Shown here: piece by piece, positions 39,400 through 51,670 of the stretch
Layout: the number at the start of each line of letters is the position of its first letter
How positions within the stretch are numbered: the first letter of the stretch is position 1
DNA from: Octopus sinensis
Taxonomy: Eukaryota
Direction: 5' to 3'
Assembly: GCF_006345805.1 (NCBI RefSeq)
Contig: NC_043002.1
Location: 107,012,001-107,076,000, forward strand
DNA length: 64,000 bases
Notes under the pieces: generated by a model
What the model saw: only the letters and a program-made list of their open reading frames with translations
What the model was told of the DNA's origin: nothing
Databases searched by the model: none
Program-made: the position numbers and the translations under genes

Positions 39400-39860
39400 G
39401 AGAGTTAGAGGTTGTGAATCCAACCAACTAAGGGATAATATCTATCCAATATACTGCTGGTAGTATAACTTGGCCACACTGTATATAAATTCCCTACTGG
39501 GAATGACCAAGTTTAAAAATCTGCTGGATCTTACATTGCTTATAAACTCTATATTTGAAAGGACTCATTTTAAACTCTGTTGGACTTTATTCATAGGATA
39601 TTGGAATACTGCATATATACCATTATGCCTATAAAATGGATTTACAACTTCAATATCCATACATATCTTGCATCTATTTTCTTTCCTCCACCTCACTCTC
39701 TATTTTGTATCACATCTAAACTAATTATGACTTAACTATCCTCTCACACCATCTCCGATGAAGGGATATTATTAATAAATATCCTAGAAACAGCTGTAAG
39801 ACCTATCTAATATCTCTAGTATCTAGAGCTCTAATATCTATACAGCCTTGGTTTTTTATC
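39400..39860 (+). mobile_element. Non-autonomous PLE-like repeat between (TA)n tracts, carrying a hammerhead-like motif
   Basis: 5' part resembles 54190-54300 (agttagaggtt..aagggata). Hammerhead-like motif at 39752-39801. Confidence 0.5.
39752..39801 (+). ncRNA. Minimal type-I hammerhead-ribozyme-like motif (variant core CCGAUGA)
   Basis: UCU-CCGAUGA-A-GGGAUAUU(AUUAAUA)AAUAUCCU-A-GAAA-CAGCUG-UA|AGA: 8-bp stem II and palindromic ACAGCUGU stem III. Confidence 0.55.
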
Positions 39861-39877
39861 TTATTATGCAAAAAATT

Positions 39878-39967
<90 letters not shown>

Positions 39968-39974
39968 ATATATA

Positions 39975-40335
39975 TTCTTTTATTCTTTCACTTGACTGTG
40001 ACCATGCCTTTAGTCGAGCAAATGAATCCCAGGACTTATTCTTTGCAAGCTTAGTACTTATTTCATTGGTCTCTTATGCTGAACTGCTAAGTTATGGGGA
40101 CGTAAACACACCAGCATCAGTTGTCAAGTGATGTTTTGGGGTACAAACACACGCACGCATCTAAATATTCGATGGGCTTCTTTCAGTTTCTGTCTACAAA
40201 ATCCACTCACAAGGCTTTTGCAAGTCTTAGGCTACAGTAGAAGACACCTGCCCAAGTTGCCATGCAAGTGGGACTGAACCTGGAACCATGTAGATGGTAA
40301 GCAAGCTACTTACCACGCAGCCACTCCTGCGCCTA
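39975..40335 (-). mobile_element. Composite tRNA-derived SINE (same family as 31742), diverged
   Basis: Reverse-complement match to head and tail. Confidence 0.8.
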
Positions 40336-40778
40336 TATGTACATACATACATACATATATATAGAATCAAAATAAGCAACAAGGATATCCAGAGGTAATG
40401 CAGTACAATCGTTTCAAGCGACTCCATTTAATTGAACACTGCAACCATTACATCAATTTAAATGCAGAGCAATCCTCAGCTGCACAAAGACATAGAATTT
40501 AATTAAATTAAAACAGATGGACACATTAGTATAATTTTACCTAACACCTCCAAAAAGTTAAGGAGATAGACAAAGAACATGCTGCCTTCACTTCAGCTTA
40601 GAAGCTACTAAGGTATCAGGAAGAAAGACTTGTTACAGATTTTGCTTGTCACTGTTTTATGGGGTCAGTTTTAATTCATAGACTAGTTTTATCAAATCCT
40701 TGTATATCTAAGGCTGAATTTGTTAGGGGTAGGGCTGAGGGAGTCAACAGAAATTCTAGTGGGTATAGTCATAAAAAT

Positions 40779-40894
40779 CAAGGGAATCTAGCACCCTAAT
40801 CAGCTCAAAACAATATCTGTGTATCGTGATTTCTGGGTTATTTCGCGATACACAGATATTGTTTTGAGCTGAGTGGGGATGCTAGATTCCCTTG
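40779..40894. repeat. 116-bp near-perfect hairpin / mini fold-back element
   Basis: caagggaatctagca..tgtgtatcgtga pairs with tcgcgatacaca..tgctagattcccttg around a ~13-nt loop. Confidence 0.85.
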
Positions 40895-41559
40895 TTCGAA
40901 AATATAAGGACACAGATTGTGTCTTATAGCCAGCTGGAGTTGATGTCTCATGATGCTAAATTACAGCAACATTCGTCCTAAACCAGGACTGCCATGTTAT
41001 GTTGGCAAACAATCTTTACTACAAAGTACTGTTGCCGAATATCTCATATTGTGAGATTTAAAAATAGTAATTTTCTACTTTATTATTATAATCAGGGCAG
41101 GGGCTATAGATCTATATTACAAATATATGAAAGATATTATTTTATTTGTGTGAATTAAATATTGATTGGTATAAGCCTGGTGGAAAATAGGCCATTAGGT
41201 TAACCTTAGAATACACCACAGAAAATTGTAATATTAGGTCAAATTCAGAACAAGATATGAAAGCAGATGCTTTGCAATCCTCAGGTGAGGGCCATAATGG
41301 AGTGTCATTCCTACATCTCAGATAATACTGAAACTGCACATCCAGACATCCTAGACCATATCCACAGAAATACTACTAAGCTGATTGGTTAGTAGAAATA
41401 CCACTAAGCTAATTGTTACTTGCAGACACTTCAAACTCTCACTCACAGATATATTGTCTTCTCTCTTTGCTATTATAATGGCCTCTGCTCTTTCAACCTG
41501 GTTGGTGTCCTGCCAGTCCACTCACTAACTCCCATTCAGTCTCTGCCTTTTCTCTCCTC

Positions 41560-41890
41560 ATCATTTGCGTTAAGTCCATCCCCATTAGGCTTTATACTTA
41601 CTTCTACATCCAGTCACATTCCCAACTACTTTGCTGTTATAGTCAAAAAATGCTATGATTGGATAGCTGGCTAGTTTCCTGAAGTTAGTGTTGCCGGTCA
41701 TCAAATTATTTGCATCACAGAACTCCAACAGCCTTGTTCCCTCATCATTTCTAGAGCCAAAGCTGTAGCCTCCATGCATCCAATGAAATTCATGGGAGTG
41801 CTGCTCAACATGTCCATTGAAGTATATTAAGGTTCAACCAAGTCTCTGTCATTCGTCATCAAAGTTGTCTGCAAAAGGACCCACAACATT
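41560..41890 (-). mobile_element. RTE LINE AP-endonuclease fragment
   Basis: HGGYSFGSRNDEGTRLLEFCDANNLMTGNTNFRK. Confidence 0.85.
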
Positions 41891-41895
41891 AGTCA

Positions 41896-42900
41896 TCATC
41901 ATCATCATCATCATCATCATCGTTTAACATTTGTTTTCCATGCTGGCTTGGGTTGGACGGTTTGATTGAGGTCTGGAGAGCCAGTGGCTGCACCAGGCTC
42001 CAATCTGATCTGGCAATGTTTCTACAGCTGGATGCCTTTCCTAATGCCAACCATTCCGAGAGTGTAATGGGTACTTGTTATGTGCCACCGGCATGGGAGC
42101 CAGTCAGGCAGTCCTGGCATCAATCATGTTCAGATGGTGCTTTTTATGTGCCACTATCATGGGAGCCAGTCTGTGTGTACTGGCATTGACCACATTTGGT
42201 TGGTGCTCTTTACATGCCACCGGCACGGGAGCCAGTCAGGCAGAACTGGCATTGACCATGTTCAGATGGTGCTTTTTATGTGCCACCAGCATGGGAACCA
42301 ATCTGCGGGTACTGGCATTGACCGCATTTGGTTGGTGCTTTTTACATGCCACCAGCATGGAATCCAGTCTAGGTTTACTGGCATATACCATGTTTGGATG
42401 GTGTTTTTTATGTGTCACCGGCATGGGAGCCAGTCAGGCGGACCTGGCATTGACCACATTCGGATGGTGCTTTTTAAGTGTCACCGGCATGGGAGCCAGT
42501 CAGGCGGACCTGGCATTGACCACATTCAGATGGTGCTTTTTAAGTGTCACCGGCATGGGAGCCAGTCAGGCGGACTTGGCATTGACCACATTCGGATGGT
42601 GCTTTTTAAGTGTCACCGGCATGGGAGCCAGTCAGGCGGACTTGGCATTGACCACATTCGGATGGTGCTTTTTAAGTGTCACCGGCATGGGAGCCAGTCA
42701 GGCGGACTTGGCATTGACCACATTCGGATGGTGCTTTTTAAGTGTCACCGGCATGGGAGCCAGTCAGGCAGACTTGGCATTGACCACATTCGGATGGTGC
42801 TTTTTAAGTGTCACCAGCATGGGAGCCAGTCAGGCGGACTTGGCATTGACCACATACAGATGGTGCTTTTTATATGCGACTGGCACAGGAGCCAATCTGG
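41896..42900 (-). mobile_element. RTE 3' UTR copy with expanded 66-bp VNTR
   Basis: (CAT)n tail at ~41896-41921, the conserved RTE 3' UTR, then the tandem array. Confidence 0.85.
42081..42895. repeat. 66-bp minisatellite, 12 full units plus 1 partial
   Basis: tcaccggcat recurs at 42481, 42547 and 42613 (period 66). Gives 22-aa repeats in the two ORFs of the track. Confidence 0.95.
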
Positions 42901-44000
42901 GGGCAGAGGCATATATAAATGTAACTGTCAAACTCTACAGAAAAGAAACATGGTTAAGTGAGAGATAAAACACAATATTAAACTCAGAGCAATCTGTGGC
43001 GCCAGAACTGACAGAAAGATTAAGCTAAATACTCTTTTATGCGTTCACTGAACTGTTGCCATGCCCACCACCTTATTCCCCTCCATCTACTACAGCTAAG
43101 ATCCCCTATGCAGTTGTTTCATCAGGAGTCAGATCTCTGTAAAATTACATGCTACCTGCTTAAAAGAGGAAGGACACCTGAGACATTGTAGTCCTGGTCA
43201 GTCCATATTGCTCTTTAAGGAGCATAGGGATGGTTTCTTGCTTTATCAGGCATAAATATTCCTTCCTTAGTGGCACAGTGGTCTGTTGCAAGCTGACTCA
43301 TTTTTGCTACTTGAGTGGCTTGCAGCAACATGAAATGAAGTGTTTTGTTCAAGAACACAATGCATCACCTAGTTAAGGAATTGAAACCACAATCTTACAA
43401 TGATGAGTCCAACACCCTAACCACTAAGCCATGTGCCTCCATGAAAATGAAGTGTTCTGCTTAAGAGCACAATGTATTGCGTAGTCCAGGTATTGAAACC
43501 GCAGTCTTACAATCATGAGTTCAACACCCTAACCACTAAGTTATATAATCTAGATATACAAAAATATGGGATAGTCCTGGCTGGAATGTCTTTGATCAAA
43601 GATCTGCTTCAACAGGACTGATTAGAGCATAAACAACAGCAACCCTCTGCAACTGATCACACTGATTTCAAATTGTAGCACATGATCAGCAATTTCAGGT
43701 GAATGGGTAAGTTGATTACACTGACCCCAGTATACAACTGGTACTTAATTTATCGACCCTGAAAAGATGAAAGGCAAAGTCAACCCCAGGGGAATTTGAA
43801 CTCAGAACATAAGGATGGGTGAGATTCTGCTAAGCATTTCGTCTGGCATATTAATGACTCTATCAGCTCACTGCCTTGTAAAGACGGACGAAATGCCGCC
43901 AAGCATTTTGTTCAATGATTCTGTCAGGTCGTCGCCTTATACTGCAACTGATGATGTTATTGAAGTAATGTTTGGTTAGTAATATTTCAACAGAGCTGTA

Positions 44001-44600
44001 AGTTGGAGGAAGGGCAGAAACGTTAGCACGCCGGGCGAAATGCTTAACGGTATTTCATCTGTCGTTACATTGTGAGTTCAAATTCCGCCGGGGTCGACTT
44101 TACCTTTCATCCTTTCGGGGTCGATAAATTAAGTACCAGTTACGCACTGGGGTCGATGTAATCGACTTAATACCTATGTCTGTCCTTGTTTGTCCCTTCT
44201 ATGTTTAGCCCCTTGTGGGTAATAAAGAAATAGGTATTTCATCTGCCGTTACGTTCTGAGTTCAAATTCCGCCGAGATCGACTTTGCCTTTCGTCCTTTC
44301 GGGGTCGATAAATAAAGTACCAGATACGCACTGGGGTCGATGTAATCGACTTAATCCGTTTGTCTGTCCTTGTTTGTCCTCTCTATGTTTAGCCCCTTGT
44401 GGATAGTAAAGAAATAGGTATTTCGTCTGCCGTTACGTTCTGAGTTCAAATTCCACCGAGGTCGACTTTGCCTTTCATCCTTTCAGGGTCGATAAATTAA
44501 GTACCAGTTACGCACTGCGGTCGATGTAATCAACTTAATCCCTTTGCCTGTCCTTGTTTATCCCCTCTATGTTTAGCCCCTTGTGGGTAGTAAAGAAATA
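44001..44600 (+). mobile_element. Meta-domain-like SINE: one head plus three tandem 184-bp bodies
   Basis: gtatttc unit starts at 44050, 44234 and 44418. Confidence 0.9.
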
Positions 44601-44699
44601 AGAAACGATAACGTGCCATGCCATACGGTTTTTGATTTTTAGCTTAATTTTCTCTGGTTTTTGAAGAAGTCAAGTTTTCCTTTATCGCTGTGAGTCGAT

Positions 44700-45400
44700 A
44701 AAACAATAAATATCATTCATACAGCAGTGTTCAATTGACTCATTGGACCTTTCCATCTATAAATTAATGAGAGAAATTAATATTTTTAACTGGTAAAGAG
44801 CAATGAATTCAGAAATACTAAGAGACATTTCGACATTAAATGTCGTGCAAGCGTTTAGATCTGCTACACACATCCCACCTGTCGGTAATCAATACCAGAA
44901 CCACTTGAGCATGTCTAGATTTCGTTGCTTCTAGTTGTTGGTTTTGTTTCTGGTTAGATTGAGCAAAGACCCAAGTACTTGGTCATCCCCATCGCCGCAC
45001 CACAGTCGTCAGCTGGCGAAGGGCGATAACTGTGTTCAGACTGTTTGACTAACGCCGTTTTGTTGTTTGTGTCTTGGAAGTCATTGATTGAATGAAATGT
45101 GACAATAACAACAATAACAACAACAACGACGACGACGACGAGAGACTGCGGTGGAAGAAAAAAATAAAGGAATAATAACAACAACACCAGATCCCCCAAG
45201 GAAATATTTAAAAACATTTATTAAATGAAGAGAAAACGGCAAAACCGCAGCCCATAAAAACAACGTCCGTCTGTCTGGTCTCTCTCTGTCTTTGTTATTT
45301 TAGTTGAAAGTTGGCGATAAATTATTCCTCGTCGGAGACAGAAATCAAACATTTTGAAATTATTTATTTTTCTCGGATACTCCAACTACCTTTCAACAAT
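44700..45400. promoter_or_regulatory. CpG-retaining unique region, candidate promoter or non-coding first exon (possibly of the ABCB9-like gene)
   Basis: High CpG relative to flanks, (ACA)/(ACG) runs, no credible ORF. The ABCB9-like start exon at 60391 has a splice acceptor, so an upstream UTR exon is required. Confidence 0.35.
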
Positions 45401-45719
45401 AACCATTCCAGCTTTCAGTAAGTTACATGGCTATATTATATCTCTTTATTTCATTTCATTTCGTCATCCAATCTACCGACAGCTTCATTATTTTTGTATT
45501 AAGTTTACAAAATAATAAGAATTAAATAATTGATTTTTAATTGCAACTTTAAAAATATATTTGTCGAAAATGAAAATACTGTTTTTGTAAATATTCTACA
45601 TATGGTTAATTCATTTATTTTAGCTTTTTGGCCACTTAATTTGTTTAATAATATCTATTATATTTATGTATATATATATATTTATGTATATATATATATT
45701 TATGTATATATATATATAT

Positions 45720-45793
<74 letters not shown>

Positions 45794-45801
45794 CATACAT
45801 A

Positions 45802-45847
<46 letters not shown>

Positions 45848-45855
45848 CATACATA

Positions 45856-45892
<37 letters not shown>

Positions 45893-46999
45893 TTGAGAAC
45901 ATTCTTTTCTTAGTGGTAAGATCATAGCGGATCTATTTCTAGCGTAATGGATGTCCACTTACAGGTCATCCTTCTTATATGTGTTGGCTTTAATTGAATT
46001 GTAGACGTGTGAACGATCCAACATCCAGAATGTTATTGTAAAGTATGGATGTTGATAAGTGTTATAATAATAATAATAATGTTCATCTAGCGGAAGTTTG
46101 ATCGATGGAAGCTATCACAGTGTAAGAGAGCAAAAGGTTATAAACAAAGAGAAATGTTAAACATTTATATTATAAATAATATCAGATAATCAGATAGTAA
46201 TAATAATAAATAATTAGAAAACGAATAATGATAAAGATATATAGGTGATTAAATATCAAGAAACAACTCTCTCAGCATTAATTATGGCCAGAAGCAGTGA
46301 TAGGAATGGTTAGTAGTAAACAATGTTTTACTAAACAGATAATAATAATAATTATAATATTTATGATGTTGTAGAAAGCAACAGATTTTGGTAGATGTTA
46401 TCTACTAAATCGATCCTAGCTCTTGACTGGTGCTTTCATTATTATTAATCTTGGAGGGCGAAAAGCTTAGTCAGACTTGATGGGATTTGAACTCATTACG
46501 TAAACAAGATTTTTTAATCCGTCCTTTTACCGATTCTACCCGTATCAACCACCACCACCTTTTGTATTTATTTTATCGACGTAGAAGACTAAAGTCGACC
46601 TTCGAGATGACTGCTCCCTCTTTCTCTCTCTCTCTCTCTGTCGGCCAATTTAATAATTATTTACGTAAATAGAGTTTAATTATATTGACGTCAGTATCTC
46701 GAAGTTTTCACTTACGTATTATCTCAACAATTATATCTCACACACGCTTCTGGGACCCTCGGAACACGACCTCAGCTACAACTTAGATCTTGTCAGGATA
46801 ACCTCTTGTGTAATAATATATTGGTTGTGTATGGAACCTGCCATATGTACAGACTAACACATTAGTAAACTGCATTGTAGGGATGTTGAAATGTCCGTGT
46901 CTTTGGAAACGAGGAAACTATCTTGGGACTTTATCATTGGGACAAAATATTGCAGGGAACACTAATAGTCGATCATGGAAGGAAATTAATTGAAATATA

Positions 47000-47315
47000 G
47001 TCGGGTACGACGAGTATTCCAGTTGATTTGATCAACGAAACAACCTGCTCGTGAAATTGACGTGCAAGTGGTCGAGTACTCCACAGACACGCGTGCCCTT
47101 AACGTGGTTCACAGGTAGATTCAGGGTGGAAGAGATTGTAACAAGGCTAGCTCCTTTGTAATTACAGGTACCACTCATTTTTGCCAACTGAGTAGACTAG
47201 GACAACATGAAATAAAGTGTCTTGCTGAAGGACACAACGCGCTGCCGTGAATCGAACTTAGGACCTTACGATCGCGAGTTACGTACCCTAACCACTAAAC
47301 CACGTATCTTCACTG
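47000..47315 (-). mobile_element. tRNA-derived SINE (V-domain-like family)
   Basis: Same as 8878-9203. Confidence 0.8.
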
Positions 47316-47413
47316 ACTGAAATATAAGCATGACACATAACATCAGAATCGGAATTTGAACGGACACTGTCAGACCTGATATAAAAATCAAAACAAAACA
47401 CATTTATTCACGA

Positions 47414-47909
47414 CTAGCAGTATCGCCCGGCGTTGCTCGGGTTTGTAAGGGAAATAACTATATAAGCATTTTTAGAGAGTTATAGCCAAAATATAGCAAA
47501 AAAATGCATTAAAAATGGAAAAAAATGATGGTAAATTTTTTAAAAAATCGTTGACTCATCGTAGACATTTCTAGAGAGTTACTTCCCTTATATAATAGCG
47601 AAAAAATGCATTAAAATGGAAAAAAATGATGGTAAATTTTTTAAAAAATCGTTGACTCATCGTAGACATTTCTAGAGAGTTACTTCCCTTATATAATAGC
47701 GAAAAAATGCATTAAAATGGAAAAAAATGATGGTAAATTTTTTAAAAATCGTAGACTCATCGTAGACGCGCGCTAATGCCCAGAAGGGCTCGATATGAAT
47801 CACGACTATAAGATACCCGGTTTTGGTTAAACTGCATCGCAAAATGTGGGAGTAGTTAGGAATCTAAATCGTAGGAGACAGCACACAACCTCTCTTTTAT
47901 ATATAAAGA
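47414..47909 (-). mobile_element. Non-autonomous Helitron
   Basis: Minus strand A|TCTTTATATATAAAAG ... CCCGAGCAACGCCGGG hairpin ... CTAG|T. Internal ~100-bp unit present about three times. Confidence 0.85.
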
Positions 47910-48564
47910 TGTCATACCATAATGTGAGAAAGTGAGGAAGTGTCTTGGTAACCCTTCAAGTCTACTAGAAATAGTACTCAAATCCCTTTCTAACAACAAA
48001 CCGCACCCCCACCTGTTTTAATCAAGGAAGGACATATTAGATGATGTAGTTGCAAATAAAGGACGGGAGAGTCATGGCTGGAGTACCTCTGATCGTGGTT
48101 CTACTTGATCAGACCTGACTTTGGACTCAACAACAACAACAACAATAGCAACCACCACATGCTGTCTAAAGGCAAGTCAGTTACTAAAACCCCTTTTCTT
48201 CACGTAGACCTTTAGTTTACGACTAAGTACGATCCCTCACATAGGGACTTGGTGAATTAGGGAGCTACGGTTCAGTGATATCGATAAGTTTTACACACTT
48301 AGCAGTTTGGCAAAAGAGACCGATAGAATAAGTACTGGGCTTACAAAGAATAAGTCCCGGGGTCGATTTGCTCAACTAAAAAGGTGGTGCTCCAGCATGG
48401 CCGCAGTCAAATGACTAAAACAAGTAAGTGATAAAAAAAAAAGATGTAACACATTCCTCAAAGTTACATTTGATGTGAAGGGAATTGTAACAAGTAAAGA
48501 TAGGATTTGAACTCAGACAATCTTATCAAAAAAAAAAAGAAAAGGAAAAAAAGTAGACAGAGTA

Positions 48565-48725
48565 GGTGTAGGAGTGGCTGTGTGGTAAGTAGCTTGCTGA
48601 TCAACCACATAGTTCCTGGTTCACTCCCACTGTGTGGCACCTTGGGCAAGTGTCTTCTAGTATAGCTTTGGGCCAACCAAAGCCTTGTAAGTGGATTTGG
48701 TAGACAGAAACTGAAAGAAGCCCGT

Positions 48726-48761
<36 letters not shown>

Positions 48762-49385
48762 CGCAGCAGTGGCTGTGTGGTAAGTAGCTTGCTTACCAAC
48801 CACATGGTTTCGGGCTCAGTCCCACTGCGTGGCACCTTGGGCAAGTGTCTTTTTCTATAGCCTCGGGCCGACCAAAGCCTTGTGAGTGGATTTGGTAGAC
48901 GGAAACTGAAAGAAGCCCGTCGTATATATGTATATGTATATATATGTGTGTGTGTGTGTGTGTCTGTCCCCCCCAACATCGCTTGACAACCGATGCTGGT
49001 GTGTTTACGTCCCCGTAACTTAGCGGTTCGGCAAAAGAGACGGATAGAATAAGTACTAGGCTTACAAAGAATAAGTCCTGCGGTCGATTTGCTCAACTAA
49101 AGGTGGTGCTCCAGCATGGCCGCAGTCAAATGACTGAAACAAGTAAGAGAACAAAAATATATATATATATGTGTGTGTGTGTCTGTGTTTGTCCCCCCCA
49201 ACATCGCTTGACAACCAATGCTGGTGTGTTTACATACCTGCAACTTAATGGTTCGGCAAAAGAGACCAATAGAATAAGTACTAGGCTTATAAAGAATAAG
49301 TCCTGGGGTCGATTTGCTTGACTAAAGTCGGTGCTCCAGCATGGCCACAGTCAAGTGACTGAAACAAGTAAAAGAGTAAAAGAGA
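48565..49385 (+). mobile_element. Cluster of nested or tandem composite SINEs (31742 family)
   Basis: Two heads (~48565, ~48760) and two tails (~48960-49145, ~49190-49385). Confidence 0.8.
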
Positions 49386-49511
49386 AATCAACAAAAACAG
49401 GAAATCAACGAATTGCAATTAAGGGTGAGCTTCTCTTTGTGGCACACCCTTTATTGTATGATATGTGTTGTTACAAGGTATGTTAGTAGGCTGACTGTCT
49501 TATTTTTGTAT

Positions 49512-49568
49512 AGGTTAGGATTCCTGGCTTTCACCCAGGCTGCTTGGGTTCAATTCCTGGCATGGGAA
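49512..49568 (+). pseudogene. 5'-truncated tRNA-Glu(TTC) pseudogene
   Basis: ggttaggattcctggc-TTTCACC-caggctgcttgggttcaattcctggcatgggaa follows the tRNA-Glu 3' portion. The 5' acceptor strand and part of the D arm are missing. Confidence 0.75.
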
Positions 49569-49644
49569 CGCTAAGTTTGGTCAATGCCAGCCCCCCCCCC
49601 CCCCCGACTGATTGGCTTCTGTGCCCGTGGCATACAAAAAGCAA

Positions 49645-49880
49645 CCTATTTCTTTATTACCCACAAGGGGCTAAACATAGATGGGACAAACAAGGACAGA
49701 CATAGGTATTAAGTCGATTCCATCGACCCCAGTGCGTAATTGGTACTTAATTTATCGACCCCGAAAGGATGAAAGGCAAAGTTGACCTCGGCGGAATTTG
49801 AACTCACAGCGTTACGACAGACGAAATACGGCTACGCATTTTGCCCGGCGTGCTAACGTTTCTGCCAGCTCGCCGCCCTT
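49645..49880 (-). mobile_element. Meta-domain-like SINE
   Basis: Reverse-complement match to 29430-29660. Confidence 0.85.
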
Positions 49881-50625
49881 CATTGCTTACAAAAAGCAAC
49901 CACTACACTCTCAGAGTGGTTGGCGTTAGAAAGGGCATCCAGCTGTAGAAACATTGCTGGATCGGATTGGAGCCAGTCCCCAGTCTAACCCATGCCAGCA
50001 TGAAAAGTGGACTTTGAACGATGATGATGAAACCAACCGGTATTCCTTCAGCCAAATTTAATCCTTTGATAACAAATCAGATTATATTATAACAAAGAAA
50101 GTTGATTATATATATATATATATATGTATATGTATGTTTCTATGTATTCACACACCCATGACTACATTGTTGTCCTGTCTGGTCTTTTGTTTTCAAGAAG
50201 GTAGGGCACAGTTGAGGAAGATTTGGTTGCTACTGCTAGAAGATTGAGTTACTGCTGACTGTGACTACGAAATTGCATAAAACGTCAGGACAATTATTGT
50301 GCAACAGGAGGAGATGATCAATAGTTGCTTTGTATGAAGGTTAATGTATATCAGCTTAATTTAGGTCAGTGTAGGCAGAGCTTATGAAATCCATGTTAGC
50401 CATCTAAGTAACTAGTGTTTGCTTTAGATAGTAACTAGTCTTGCTTATTGTGTAACACCTAGACTATATTGTCCTATAAGTTGTAGATGTGTTTGTGTGT
50501 CTGTGTATTGTTGTAAAAAAATACATACAGATTTATATCCATATATATTCAGTCCCATGAGGGACGATTTTTTGACAGCTTGGGATGAGAATCAAAGTGA
50601 CATGTTATTATTAGTTAGTTATAAG

Positions 50626-50960
50626 GTGGCGAGCTGGCAGAAACGTTAGCACGCCGGGCGAAATGCTTAGCTGTATTTCGCCTGCCGTTACGTTCGGAGT
50701 TCAAATCCTGCCATTACTGGAAACTGAACGCATCTTTCCCATCCAGACAGGTTTTCAGAGACAGAATCAACACGTTAGTAAAAAGGGCTTGAACGGGAGC
50801 TATCGTCAACAAATGGTGGTTCGCTCTCAAGAGAGCAGTAAAAGCGAGGTTGATAAATTAAGTACTAGTTACGCACTGGGGTCGATGTAATCGACTTAAT
50901 CCCTTTGTCTGTCCTTGTTTGTCCCCTCTGTGTTTAGCCCTTGTGGGTAGTAAAGAAATA
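50626..50960 (+). mobile_element. Meta-domain-like SINE with substituted internal segment
   Basis: Head and tail match the family; ~50710-50840 is unrelated sequence. Confidence 0.75.
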
Positions 50961-51622
50961 AGTTATTATTAGTTAGTAACTCATCAGGATCTGTTTACCG
51001 TTTGCCTCCCAAGACACCTGGTATAAGTGGTGGTCAACTAATTACAAACAAATATGTACCTTCGTGTCACTCATCCCCGAATCAACTCTAATCGAGCAGG
51101 TGTTTGATTAAAAGCGATTTGGCTGTGAATATTTTGTTTTAGCTGTTGTAGTGCCATATTTTCCAATGTGTCTTGTTTTTTCAGATGATGGCGTATGATT
51201 TAAGGTGTGTTCTTCTCAGCACACAAATACATCAGTTTGTACAGGTTGTGTGGTTAAAAAGGCTGCTTTACAACCACATGGGTCTGAGTTCATTCCCACT
51301 GCATGACACCTTGGAAAAGTATCTTCTACTATAACTATGAGCTGACCAAAACCTTGTGTGTGTGTGTGTATATAGGTGGCACATAAAAAGCACCATTTGA
51401 GCGTGGCCGTTGCCAATACTGCCTGACTGGCACTCATGCAGGTGGTATGTAAAGACACCCACTACACTTTCAGAGTGGTTGGCATTAGGAAGGGCATCAA
51501 GCTGTAGAAACTCTGCCAGATCAAAACTGGAGCCTGGTGCAGTCATCTGGTTCACCAGCCCACAGTCAAACCGTCCAACCCATGCTAGCATGGAAAGCGG
51601 ACGTTAACCGATGATGATGATG

Positions 51623-51670
<48 letters not shown>

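Noticed and set aside
41238-41284. Short plus-strand segment ending in a strong donor CAG|GTGAGG
   Set aside because: It is an isolated splice-like signal with no partner exon or homology.
42075-42968. 297-aa and 293-aa repeat ORFs as real genes, or the array as CRISPR-like
   Set aside because: Both ORFs are the 66-bp VNTR of an RTE 3' UTR read antisense. Units are contiguous with no unique spacers, and the DNA is eukaryotic.
44954-45217. 87-aa hydrophobic ORF resembling a membrane protein
   Set aside because: The poly-Val/Ile stretch comes from (ACA)/(ACG) triplet runs; there is no homology or splice support.
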